From Aplysia californica (lineage: Eukaryota), in the NCBI RefSeq assembly GCF_000002075.1, contig NW_004797467.1, forward strand, positions 444,939 to 508,938: DNA of 64,000 nt, written 5' to 3'. The notes beneath the pieces were generated by a model. That model did no database searches. It was not told where the DNA came from and was given only the letters and a program-made list of their open reading frames with translations. Positions 1 through 12,700 of the stretch are shown piece after piece. A program made the position numbers and the translations under genes. Position 1 is the first letter of the stretch; each line of letters starts with the position of its first letter.

Positions 1-34
1 AAATTCCTCCCCTCCCCCCTCCTTGGATACCTTA

Positions 35-35
<1 letters not shown>

Positions 36-72
<37 letters not shown>

Positions 73-106
73 CTGTCTGTCTGTGCATGTGTGTGTGTGT
101 GCGTGT
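36..106. repeat. (GT)n microsatellite
   Basis: Visible GT dinucleotide run. Confidence 0.95.
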
Positions 107-399
107 GGGTGAGTGGCTTGCCTACTTATGGCTGCACACAAAAGAGAACTTTGGACTTTGGACAGGTTCAAAATTAAAACTTGAGATTTTTTCCCCCGGT
201 TTTCGATGGCCAACAAGAAAAACGGCAAATAAAAAGCTAGCCTATGCTTATCGGCTTATGCTTTCTTGCACGGCACGGTTAAAGAAAATAATCTGACAAC
301 AAGCGCCCTCTGCTCTCCCACTATTGACTATTTTGATCTAGATAGATCTAGGCTAGAATCTATCGATGGTCGCTTGCACACTCTCTCTTCTCGATTCTC

Positions 400-785
400 A
401 GTCTCAACTACTTGCTAAGGACTTAGGTGACACCAAAGAGAGGTGATTGTTTGTGACTGTGCACGGCGCAGTGTACGGACACGCCACATGCACACACGAA
501 GCCAAGCACACCACAAACGAACACAGCACACCATTCACCGTGTTTCTGTAAAGGCCAGGTCTAGCAGTCAAGCAAGCACCGGAAGGCGGAAGGTTTCTGG
601 CTGGACGAAAGGAAGGCAGGGAAGAAAGGCTACGGTACCTTGTGAAGGCTCGTTTGTTTTGCTTCTCTGTTTGAGTTTTGGTCCAGATAAACTCGAAATT
701 GTGAAGTCTTGAAGCTTTGATCACTTTCCGCTAGAACGATTCTTGCGTTTATGAGCTGGATGAGACGTTGCAGACGAATTGCAAG
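400..785 (+). other. probable non-coding first exon of the zinc-finger gene (start uncertain)
   Basis: CpG-containing segment ending in GCAAG|GTAAAT donor at 785/786, followed by TCTAGA repeats like those after BOP1 exon 1; the downstream acceptors at 3584 and 6749 need an upstream donor. Confidence 0.45.
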
Positions 786-1009
786 GTAAATCTAGATCTA
801 GATTCTAGGTGCATACCATACACACGATGACAGGCCCAGTTTGCCACACAAACCCAGTAGGCTAGTTTGTCTCAATTTCATATTTAGATCTATATCTAAC
901 TGTATCTAGAATCTAGATATAGATCTAGATCTAGATTTCTAAGTATTTGAGTATTGTTGACGGTCATAGACATAATTACAAAACTTTATTAACACTGAAG
1001 ATCTAGAAT

Positions 1010-1730
1010 GGAAGTGGCTATTCTAACCCGGGGTGAGAATAGAAATACGATCTACCTCTCACCCCGGGTGAGACTTGCCAGCGTAGGCTATTCTCACCCG
1101 GTGTGAAACAAGACCTGTTTTTCCTCATTTTCGTTTTGGAATACTGTCTATCGGTGTGGATGATCAAATTGATAAAAGCTAAGAAAAAATTACGTTATAG
1201 CATAAAAAAGTAAGCTAATTTGATCGTCTTCAAACAATATGCTATGGCTATTTCACTTTTCGAATCGAGCCGAACTACGCGGGTCGCCATTTTGTTTTGT
1301 TTTGCCCGGAAGTTCTTGCAAGATCTACTCCTCCCCTCTCTCTCTCTCTCTCTTTCTGAATACTGTCTATCGGTGTGGACGATCAAATTGACCAAAACAA
1401 AGTGAAAAAATGATTTTAAACAAGACAAGAAAACTAAATTAATTTGGTTGTGTACAAAGATGCTACGGCTATTTAACTTTCCGAATCGAGCCGAACTACG
1501 CGGGTCGCCATTTTGTTTTGCCCGGAAGTTCTCGCGCTACTCCTCTCTCTCTCTCTTTCTCTCTCTCCACTGCCCACGACAAAATTGCACGCTTTTAGGC
1601 TAACACTAACAGTAGTAATAGATCTAGAACGTTTGTTCACAGCACAGAATTCTATAATTCTGTTATCACAGTGTAGAATTCTGTGGTTCGTAAAATCCCC
1701 CCGGCGACCGTTATAGTATGTAACCTCCAT
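1010..1730 (+). repeat. interspersed repeat (putative non-autonomous DNA element) with tandem ~220-bp internal units, copy 1
   Basis: Begins GGAAGTGGCTATTCT(A/C)ACCCG; two tandem units (~1140-1357, ~1358-1570) closely similar to 59272-59648. Confidence 0.75.
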
Positions 1731-3605
1731 ACACTCACATAACTCACTTAGAAGCCGAGTCCAAATAATATAAATAAAACATTTTTTTCGGACCCGAGTC
1801 CGAATAGAGATATAAACGAGTCCGTATAGAAAGCTAAAAAAAATCTAATCCGACTTGGGTCCGAATAGAGCCAACCATCGTAAAACCAGAAGTAGAACTA
1901 GAATTACCTACAAGAACTGTAATTGTGTTAAAAGTCAAAAGACTGCACTCTCATTGCCCAATGGCAGTGTCTAAGTACACGGTAACCGACAACTCAGTGT
2001 CTTTCCGCCACCATTTGTTTTTCCGCATATATTTAATTTCATTTTATTGTGTGTTATAGTTTTTTTGTAGCTAATTTTTTTTTTTTAAATCACATCCCAC
2101 AAAATCGACAGCTATGGCCTCTTCCCAACACCTTTTGCCCCAGCAAGCCGAGAGCGGGTGATTGCTACGCACAACCTCATTGGTCAACATAATTAACTTT
2201 GCCCCCCGGCAAGGTCAACTCAACTTGTTTGTTCTGTTCATACTAATGATGCAGGGAGGGCCAGTTTAGATAGATCTAGTAACTGGATTTTAAAGCTCAC
2301 CGCTCAATTTTTATCATTATAATCGGAAAAAATTTCCATAAATGCTGGAAATATTTAAGAACAAGGGTCGGATGTTGGAACGGACGTCATGCCGGACTCG
2401 ATTCAGAGTCCTAATATAATTTTTGTCTAATCAGACTGGAATCTGAATAGTCACTTTGAATCTAGATCTATGGCTTTCAGAGAAGTAGAATCTAGGCCTA
2501 GAATCTAGCTGATACTCTTGACTTATACAAGATGCCCATTGGAGTTGGGGAATCGGTTTGGGTCTGGTCGGGTCGGGATGATCGCCGTCTCGTCGCCTGA
2601 TTTGTTTTTAAGGCGACTAGTCGGGCACGGTCGGCTTGTACCACGATGGCCGCTTTGCACCCTCAATCTGGCCTGGCCAGCGAACGGCCCCCGTGAAAGC
2701 TAGAGCTGTCAATGGCACTAGCAAGGGTCTAGCTCTAGTTGAGTCTTGACTGTCCAGAGCCAGAGGACTTGGACTTGGTTTCCTTTTTGCTTACTCTTAC
2801 CCCCGAAAATAACTCACTTTATCCTCCCATTTTTCAGACCTTTCTCATGTCCTTGGCCTGGACCACGTCTATAGAGGCTAGTACTAGGAAAATATTTCTT
2901 TCTAGCTGAATATTGCTCCACACAGTCAGTGCCTGGGCCTGAAAGCAAATTATGTTGCCAGTCACACGATTTATTGTGCTGATATGATTTTATAGAACTG
3001 ATTGAAATAGTAGTCTATAGTCTTCTGTTCTGTTGTCTAGTGTTCAGTAATTAAATCATACTAAAACTAAAAGTCTCTACTTTGCACCTTCCTTTACATC
3101 TTACCGCTGATTGGCCTACTGAATCTAATACTACATCATGCAATTTGATCAAAGGAAAAAGTAGGTGGTGCATGTTATAAAAGATTTAAGGTCAGTAGGC
3201 AGTTAATGTTATGGTCACCCCGTCTTGTCAGAAACTCATTTTATTGCATTTTCCACAAGCTGCCAAATCTGGTTTGAGGTGACTGTGCGACATCTATTTG
3301 AAATAACTCTTGAACTGATGCTTGTTTTAATAATTTGAGTAAACTGATTCCATCCATTCGCTCGTGGACAAGGCTCTAGGTTTTCTTGCTATAGCCATTC
3401 GACCGCTGTGATCAGCTCACCGAAATCAGAAACGAAAGTGCATTTTTTAACATAGTTCCTACTTTTTAAGTTGTCGAAAGGAAATAGAACTTGTAAACAA
3501 ACCTGACCTCAATCTTTGAGCACCAAAATGGATCAAAACTCCGTGAAATTCTAGCAGAAATCATCGTTTTTTGTCGCTACACAGTTGCTACGTAACGTAA
3601 ACAAC

Positions 3606-5918
3606 ATGGAGCCTGGACCATCAAGACCACGACGACACACTGCTGAGCAAGCGTGCTTGCTTTTTGAGACCACTCTCTCTGAGAGCGAGGAAGAGTCAGA
3701 TATTGATACCCCATCCTTCTCAGGATCAGAATCGGACAACCAAAATGTTCAACCCCCACCCATGAAACAAAGGAGAATGGATCCAACAATTGATGACTCC
3801 AGGCCTACTGATGTACCAGACTGGTCTGAGGTAAGATCTAAGTCTTGTCCTGGCTTTTCACAAGATTTTAAGTCCATAGTCAGCCTTTGCTACTTCAGAC
3901 AAAAGGCAAAGACTTTATTAAGAATTAAAGGGCGAGGCCTCTTACTCTAACATTCACAATGTTTAGAATGGCCTTGAGATAATTGTTTTTAGGCTTAGGA
4001 ACTACTGATACATTATTATAATCCTGTTTTGAGCTTGGTCTTTGACTTATTTGGAATGGCATGCCCTTTGAGCATACACAAGAAGTGGAAAGTATAAATA
4101 TTGGCTTTATTGGTTAACCCATATTTCCTAGTCTTACGTCTTACTTTTACTACTCTTTGTCTTAGTAGAATTTGAAGCTTAACAACTTACATGATGATAT
4201 AAAAATTTTAAAAAAACAAGCACATAAAGTATAAATTTTTTTCTGGATATTGGCTCTGTAAATGCTGTCAATTATTTTTATCATTATTGTGATGTACTGA
4301 AAAGTATTTTTTGTTTCCCTCTTTGACAAAATTTACATATCTAAATTCTCGTATATATGCTTCCCTTCTTTCTTATACCTAGGTTACATCAGGAGAGACC
4401 AACAACAATTTCAGATTTGCACCCCCAAATGGATCAGGACTGCAGGCAAACCTGACAGTGGATTCCAGTCCTCTTGACTGCTTCAATGTCTTGTTCACGG
4501 CACAAGTCATCACATACATGGTGAACTCAATCAATGCTTATGCAGAACACAGATGTGCCCTGAACAACCCTCCACGTCGACAGTCTCTGTTTGCCAACTG
4601 GTACAAAGTGACAGTGTCTGAGCTGTACAAATTTTTCGCTGTAATTGTTGAGATGGGAATTGACCCTGCCATCTCAATACGGGAGTATTTTGTTTCTGAA
4701 GACTCACCAAACTATAAGAAATGGTATCATAACATGTTTGCTCGCCCCAGGTTTGAAGCTTTATATCACTCCATGCTTCATTGTGCTGAGTCGGCTGTTG
4801 CAGATTCTAAAGCAAAAATCGAACCCTTCATGAATATGCTTCTGATGAATTTCCGCACAGCGTTTTACCCCTACCAAAACTTGGCACTTGATGAAATGGT
4901 TGTTGGGTACCAAGGTGGATGGGCATATAAAATGTTCAACCCATCAAAACCGAAAAAGTGCGATATCAAGATACTTGGACTGTACGATAGTGCTACAGGG
5001 TATGTACTGAATTTATGGACATACTTTGGGGAACAGATGTCATACAAACCTGACTGTGATCAAGATGGAAGTCAGGCAGTCAAGGTGTTTGAAACTCTCC
5101 TTGAGCCATTTTCAAAAGGCCATCACATATTTGCTGACAAGTGCCATACCTCCATGAAACTTGTTAGTGCCCTATCGGCAAATGGCTTTTATTATACCGG
5201 CACCGTCAACTCGAATCGTCAGGGCTTTCCTCCTCAACTGCACTCCAACCATCCCTCGCTCGGCGAGTGTAAGTGGTATCTCACCTCTCATAAGGATGTT
5301 GATATTTTGTGTGCAGCATGGTGGGACAAAAAGGCAGATAAACCTGTGGTGATCTGTTCCACACGGTCATCTGTTCAAATGGTTACCCAGGTAATAAGAC
5401 GAAACACAACAGAGAAACCAGCAGTTATCCAGTCTTATAACGAGAACATAAACGGCTGTGATCGTGCCGACCAGCAGTCCGGACACTATGGCCTATTCAG
5501 TAGAAAAACCGTGAAGTGGTGGAAAAAGCTGTTTTATTTTATGCTGGAGCTGTGCCAGACCAATGCACATGTTTTGTATTCCCTGTCTCACGAGAAGCGG
5601 ATAAGCCTCTTGGACTTCAAAAAGAAATTAGTCAAAGGCTTGACAAAGCTCTCGGTCCTCACAATGACAGATGAGGAAAAAGCTCGAGAAGAGGCTCGGC
5701 ACCCAGGCAGACCTGCTGTCAGTCTCCCCGAAAGATTCGTGGGGAACAAACATTTAGTGGCTCATTCTCCCAATGATAGAATTTGCCACTATTGCAGTAA
5801 AGGAACAGGGAAAAGGATGCGGACAAATTTTTTTTGTTCCGGCTGCTCCACGAAGCCGCACCTTCATCCAAAGGACTGTTTTGAACGTTACCACACTGAC
5901 AAAAACTTTGTAGTGTAA
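3606..5918 (+). CDS. piggyBac transposase / PGBD4-like protein, 2 exons join(3606..3830,4383..5918), 586 aa
   Basis: Acidic N-terminus; phase-0 GT-AG intron (GAG|GTAAGA ... CCTAG|GTT) joins in frame; DDD motifs LALDEM, IFADK, NGCDRADQ; KWWKKLF; C-terminal Cys-rich domain CHYC...CSGC...HLH..CF..YH. Confidence 0.92.
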
Positions 5919-6048
5919 ATATGTATGCTTAATGGACTGTGCCAGTGTTTCTGTAAATAATGTATATTGTTTTTTAGTTTTACAAAGTGTATGACATTCG
6001 TGTGGATTTCTTTTGCTTTTTCTCATTTCTTCATAAATTGGATATGTA

Positions 6049-6054
6049 AATAAA
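6049..6054 (+). promoter_or_regulatory. polyadenylation signal of piggyBac transcript (AATAAA)
   Basis: AATAAA ~130 nt after the transposase stop, inside the element. Confidence 0.5.
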
Positions 6055-6765
6055 AAGGCACTTAGGTGAAAAATATTCTATTGAATTTGTGAATTTCTTC
6101 CTTAAATGTGTGCTAGGGTGATATCACTACAATTCTGTGTTCATTCCTATGGATTATAAGGACTTGTAAAGCTGAGAAAATGAGGTAGAAATCTATGTTG
6201 AAATTTTCAAAGATGTATAGAGAAAGAAAAAAAATTTCAAATTTGTTTTTGTCTGAGGGAAATACAATACAATCAGAATATAGGTAATTTAAATTAGTAT
6301 AATCAGATTCCTCTATTGATTCCCATCAATTTGGTATTGGACAATACATTTGTAGAGTAGCTTACAGCCTCACAGTAATGCATTCTATAAATGCATCCCA
6401 GGTTAAAAATTGAACGGGGGAAAATAACTCAGTCCAAAGCTTGGAGAAATCATAGATGGAATCAGTTAAGTAGACATAGTACTATTTGACATTCCAATGG
6501 AAAAGCCTGGCAGTTTAACTGTATACAGTCTAGCATACACATGGTGAAATCAGTGGAATGCAGAAATCTTTTCGTTATGTATGGATTTTGCCATGTACAT
6601 GTTTTTAATACCAAGAATAGATCCCCAAAAAAATCCAGGACCAGAGAATGTTTGCAATGTGCCTGTTTTCATTTTGTGTATGTTAGCTATGTGAGCACTT
6701 GACTGTATTATGATGTCATGTGTAACGGTGTATGGTGGAATGTCATCAGGTGATCTTTGCGGAAA

Positions 6766-9700
6766 ATGGCCTCTTCCTGTGGGACTGATGAGCTGAATAT
6801 GGCCAGCTGCAGCACAGAAGAGTTACTCTCTCATGTCAAGTCTGAGCCTGAATCTACTTCGTCTTCGTCGTCCTCTAGCGATGATGATGATAACAGCGAG
6901 GAGATTGACGATGGAGGATGCAGTAACCACAAAGACAAAGGCAGCCGCGTTGACCCTGACGCTATGAAAAAACCTGATGAGGTACTTAACGACATGGACC
7001 TGGGGTCTGGTGCTGTCAACGAGTATATCAAGGGTGACCCTCTGCTGGACATGCTAAATGTTGTCTTGAAAGATGAATCCAACCCTAACATCGCATTCAG
7101 GTATGTAGGCTAGCTGCGGAAGTTAACGTATATGCACTGAATCACTCTTATTAGCAACAATGGTAGACTTCATCAATGTTAGAAGAAGAATTTTGAAATT
7201 TTAATGGGTTTTTACTCATCCCTGAAGGATACAGAGGGTTGAATCGAGGTACAAATGTTTCTTGCAACAGTTATGTGATATAGGCCTTCTTATGTGTTTT
7301 ATATTATTTCGTTACTTTAATTTAAGAGCCCTCATCACATTTTTTTTCCATTCAACTCTTTTAACACAAATGCTCTCTCTGAGGAGCAGTTGGTTAGAGG
7401 GTACCACTGGTATGTCTTGCGCAGTGTCTTTCCTTTTTTATCTGAATTGTCTTGTTTATCTTGCTTTTTCCTTTCAGTAAATGACCGTTATTGTTATTGT
7501 GTGCCCCTGCTTCTCCTTACTTAAAGTATTATAGTATAGGTGCCAGATTTGAACTGATATCTGTCAACCCTAGTCTCTCCTCTCGTTAAGGAAGTTCAGG
7601 GGGAGAGAATGGCAGTTGATGAAGGTCAAGATGTTTCTTTAAGCACAAATTTTGTTTTGAGTTGATATGAATGCTAGACCTTACAGGCCAGGTTTCGTTG
7701 ACAATTTTACTATTTATAGAGAAATACTGCCTTCTTGAATTTCAAATTTCCAATAAATAACCTATATGTTTTCCTAGCTTTTCTGCTATTTTTATCTGGG
7801 TGAGTGGGTGAGTTAGAGTAGGGATATCTCATGACATTCTAGCATTAGATGCCTGGCCCTGTTCTCTCAGATTGATAAAGAAGTTTTATGAAAGTGCTTG
7901 TGTCATTTTTTATTAATAATAATGGTTCAAAGAGTCATTCGGGGTTTGTTTGTTTTTTCAAAAGAAAAGGAAGTAGGCTTGCATGATGTTATGGGAAAGT
8001 TTGAACTGTAGAAATGATGCGAAAGCTCTTTTGACCATCAACACAATGGTTTTGAAAAGGCTGAATGTGATTTTTTTTTTTTTTTAATGAAAACGGTATA
8101 TATGTACACATCAGAACATTACTGTTTTTTCTCTTCCCTAGATGTAAAGTGTGTGGATATCGAACAAAGAGACTAGCCACCCTGAGAAGACATGAAGCAG
8201 CCCATGATGATGGGGTTCTGTTCAGTTGTAACTACTGTGACTTCACTCACCGTCAGGAGGAAAGAGTTCGAACTCATGAGGCAAAGCACAAGGGAGAGAA
8301 GCCTTTCAAGTGTACTGAGTGCTCATTTGCGTCACGCTGCAAAGGTGACTTGACCAAACATCAACGTGTTCATAGCTCTGAGCGAAAGTTCAAATGTCAT
8401 CTGTGTCCCTTCAGCTGTAAATGGAAGACTAATCTCTCAAAGCATGTTCAGTGTACTCACACTGAGAATCGGCCATACCAGTGCTCACAGTGCGACTTGA
8501 CATTCAAACATCCATCAGCACTTAAAAGTCATCAGAGGTCACACAGCGATCAAAAGCCTCATCGTTGCAATCTGTGCGGATTCAGAGCAAGGACCAGGTA
8601 TGAAGTTGACAGTCACAAAACCATTCACTCTGATGTTCGCATGTTTCCATGCCCCTTCCCGGGATGTACTCAGAAATGTAAGAGGAAACCAGACCTTACG
8701 AAACATATCAAGACTCATTCTGAGACAGCCAAGTTTCAGTGTGACCTGTGTCAGAGGAAGTTCAAATTGAAAATCAGCCTTCGAAGTCACATCAAGAGTC
8801 ACTTGGAGAGAGGGGAGCCGCACGAGTGCCCAGTGTGCCACAAAATTCTCTACAGCAGAACCGGCTTCCAAAATCATGTCTACAAGCACCGGTCCCAGCG
8901 CAGGTACATGTGCAGCATCTGCGGCCACCTGTTCTTCACTAAAAGCAACATGGTCAAGCATATGGAGGTCCACTCCACTGACCGCAACCTCATCTGCCCC
9001 ATCTGCAGCCTCCGAAGTGACTCCCGTAAGAATTTTCTGATCCACGTAGGTCATGAGCATCTGAAGGAGTACCGGTATTTCTGCGAGCTGTGCCGTAAAC
9101 CATTTGCTTCATTCACCCCCATGCGTTTACACATAGAAAGATGTCATAAGGATGTGACAGACAGGAAAGTCTTAGAATTTGTGTACGATCCAGAATGTTC
9201 TCTAAAGGAAGAGTTGAGAGACTCCAGCGAAAAAGAAACTACAAGAGCTGGAGAAGTCGCACTACCAATTTCCACAAAAGGCTGCTCCAGTGATAACAAT
9301 TGTGAAAGTAATAACGTGGATGAACAAATAAATAGTGGTAAGTCCAGCTGTGATCCTGCAGGAGAGGGATGTCATGGTAGAACTGGTGAGACCGCTGGGA
9401 GTGAAGTCAGTCCAAGCAAGGACACTAAATCCTCTGTTGTTAATATGCCTGATCATAATGGAACAAATGCACATGGTATGATCCTTTTTGATGGTTCTTC
9501 AGTAGATGGTGCAGATGCTGTTGTCAGTTCGTCTGGTTCTTCAAAGGATGGTGCTAATGCTGTGGTGAGTGATTCACCATTAGGGATGACAGAAAATAAG
9601 GATCATGGGGTGTCTGTGATAAAGCCTAAGGTGTTACCAGATTGGGTGAGAATTGGAAACTATGGGGGTGTCGGGGTGTGCCTGGCTCATAAAAATGCCC

Positions 9701-12700
9701 AGATAGTGTTTAATTTTGCTAAGAATGGCAAAAAGCCACGTAAGTGGTTCATGGAACCAGAGAGAATGCCAGAAGAGGAAGCAGAAAAAATGAGGAAGTA
9801 CTTGCAGCGAAAACGTGTGAAAAGTGTGTATGATTTGCCTGCTGGCTGTGGCAGGAGGAAAAAAGGTAGGGGGCGGGGCAAAACAGGGCTAAACCGTCCA
9901 AGTCGTTCTTTACAGAAGCGTCGAAGACTGACTGCAAAGTCACAGGTAGACACATCGCTTAGTGATTCTGAAAATGTGACTACAGATGAGGACAAGATAA
10001 AAGATGATAATGAATTGTCCAATTTTGAGATAAAAGTGGAGTTGGACGTTGCGGAAAATGATTTGTCACATAATGATGGTGATAATGAAGAAAAAGACGG
10101 TGAGAGGAAGAAATCTGATGTACAAGAGGGGTATTTTGGGACTGGTGTGCAAGGTGCTGGTGAGTTTAACTTTGAGGAAGTCAGGCCAAGACTGGGACAA
10201 GATGAACTGTTCAAGACAGTTGAAATGAGTAGCGATATAATGGTAGGGCCATCACATTCCCGAAGTCATAGCACAAGGGATACACTATCAGTCCCAGCTA
10301 ATAATGGGGACATTCAACGTGTCAGGAGACCTATGTGTAGACAGCAAAAGGTCCGTAGGTTTGAAAGTTCATCGAGTAAAATGATGAAAGAAGTGTTCAT
10401 TGACTCTTTGAGGAGGAAGGCTCAGAAAGGTAGTGTTAAATCTAATTCAACTGAGTCGAGAGTGTGCAGTGTAGACAAGAATAAGGGTGAGTTTAAAGAA
10501 CTGGGAATGAGTACCCCAAGCGTTAGTCTTTGTGACATCAGTCCATTCGTGGAGAACAGTGTTTGTTCCGTAAAGGAGTCTTTTCTGTTTGCTGTGTCTC
10601 GTTGTCAGGCAGAGATGAGCAAGCATAATGGTCTCGATGTGGAATGCACTGTGCCCATCACAAAGGGATGTGAGGGTCGACCAGCTATGTTTCACAGCAA
10701 ATCGGAGAGCTCAAAGTGTAGCAAAGATCCTCCTTCACACCGTGCGTTTCCCACCCAGCCTAAGAAAATCCTCACTCTAGAACAATATGAACAAATGGTT
10801 AGGAAGAAGCCAAAAATTGTGGCGAGACTTGTCCGTGAGGACGACCATGCTTCCACTGCTCAAACCTTGTCATCAGGAACTTTAAAAGTGGCCTCCAGGC
10901 AGCGTACGATCAAACGGGGTAGACCACAAAAGAGCAAGTTTCAAATAGGGTCGTCATTGTTCAATTCTCAAAAGGGAAGGTCAAATGCTAAAGTCAGAAA
11001 TGTTTCCTTCCCAAAAGGTCAGCTCGAGAGTATCTCAAAATCTGGGGTCTCTCCATGGTCAAGCAGATACAACCGCAGGAAGTGCAGTTCTCATAGAGAA
11101 AATGATAGCTGCAGAGAAGTTAACAACGAACTGAGTGTTTCGAGAAAACCTCTAGCTTTACAGAGAAGTTCTGGATTTTTTCTTCCTTCTCTTGTTCTGC
11201 ATGATATCTGTGACCCCAAGATGCTGTCTACCGAAGGGATGGCAGAGTTTAGGAAGATATTTACAGCAAGCAAAGACTTGGAACCATCCCTTAAAGGAAA
11301 GGAGGATTGTAATGCTCTTATGAACTTTCTCAGCAGTCATGGCTATTCCCTCGATCGAAACTGGTGTGCTATCAGAGGAGAGGAGCTGTCTTCTACAGGT
11401 GGAGGAGGTGAAGACGATGAGTCGAGTGAATTCTGTTCAGCCGTTGTAAATGTTAGTCACCAAGATAAACAGACCACAGATGACACTTTTAACTTATCCA
11501 TGCCGGTAGATGTACAGGTAGTGAAGGGAATGAAACAAGACTTGAAGGAACCTTTAGAGGTAGAGAGTGGGCAGGATTCTGAGAAAGAAACTGTGGCTCA
11601 TGGTTTGGAGAGAGATGGATTGGGATGTGATTTAAATAGAGATACATTGTGTGCCTCAGAGAAAATTATTGTAAAAGACTGTCAGATGGGTACTAATGTT
11701 CAGGACTCTATCAGATCTGTGGATATAGAGAGTTCAGAGAGAGATTCACTTGTGCAGAAATCAAAAAAGGCAGCAGAAATTTCAGAGCAGCAAGATGCAT
11801 GTTTTGAGAAAGTTAATAATTTGAATTTTGTCTGTAAGACTCTAAATGAGTGCACAGCTTTTCCAGATGGTGGCGTGTGTTCTGCCCATGGACATGGCCC
11901 TCACAAGCATGAGCTGTGTGTTCAGAATACATGTGAGGAAATACCTGATACAGCAGACAATGGGGATGAGTGTGAGTTATCTCTTCGCCAAACCTCTGGG
12001 TCTCCTCCTTTTTTCAAGGCAATAAACTATTCTTCGATAAACCATTCTACACATCATATGAACAAGACGCCCGCTTCAGACAAAGAGACAACAGACAGCA
12101 TAGTACAGATTGAGCACTCGGCTTTGTGTTTGTCAGAAGACTCCACCTCTCTTCTGACAGCAGCTCAAGATGGTGGACACAAAACGGACTGTTCAGACAA
12201 CAAAGCCATAACATATAACTTGGAAGCTGTTGTCCAAGAAGAGCCTTACTCCTTTAGTTGTGCAGAACCTGTAGCCAAGTCTGGGACAGACAGCATGGCT
12301 GGACTACCAGAAGCACAAACTCTGTATCGTCCTGTGCCTTTAGTTAAACAAGAAGAAGAAGACCAACATTCACAAAGCCATTTGGTGCATCCTCAGGCAC
12401 AAAGTACAGCACCGCGCATAGAGTCAGTGGACGTCGTCATGTGCCACCAATCGTCTTTTCTAGAGTCAAAAAGCTCTTCAGCTGCTCCTCCTGTTATGCC
12501 TGCTGCTTCTTCACTTAGTGTAGCTAGTGAGGAGCTCAGTTTGTCAGAGAGTGTTTGTGTTTCTTCAGTTGGTTTTTCAGATCCTGCTGTGCAAAGGGAC
12601 TTTTCAAAGAGTGTTGCTCCAAGTTATGTCACAGAGCATGATGAGCGGAGTGATGCTTTGGAGACCATTACCCATTCTGTTTCCAGTCCTGTCATGACTG

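Larger units (their letters stand above)
3344..6465 (+). mobile_element. full-length piggyBac DNA transposon
   Basis: TIR CTGATTCCATCCAT (3344-3357) and ATAGATGGAATCAG (6452-6465), 13/14 match; flanks TAAA (3340-3343) and TTAA (6466-6469); encloses the transposase gene. Confidence 0.9.

Noticed and set aside
3585-3950. Stand-alone 121-aa ORF
   Set aside because: It is exon 1 of the piggyBac transposase read through into the intron after 3830
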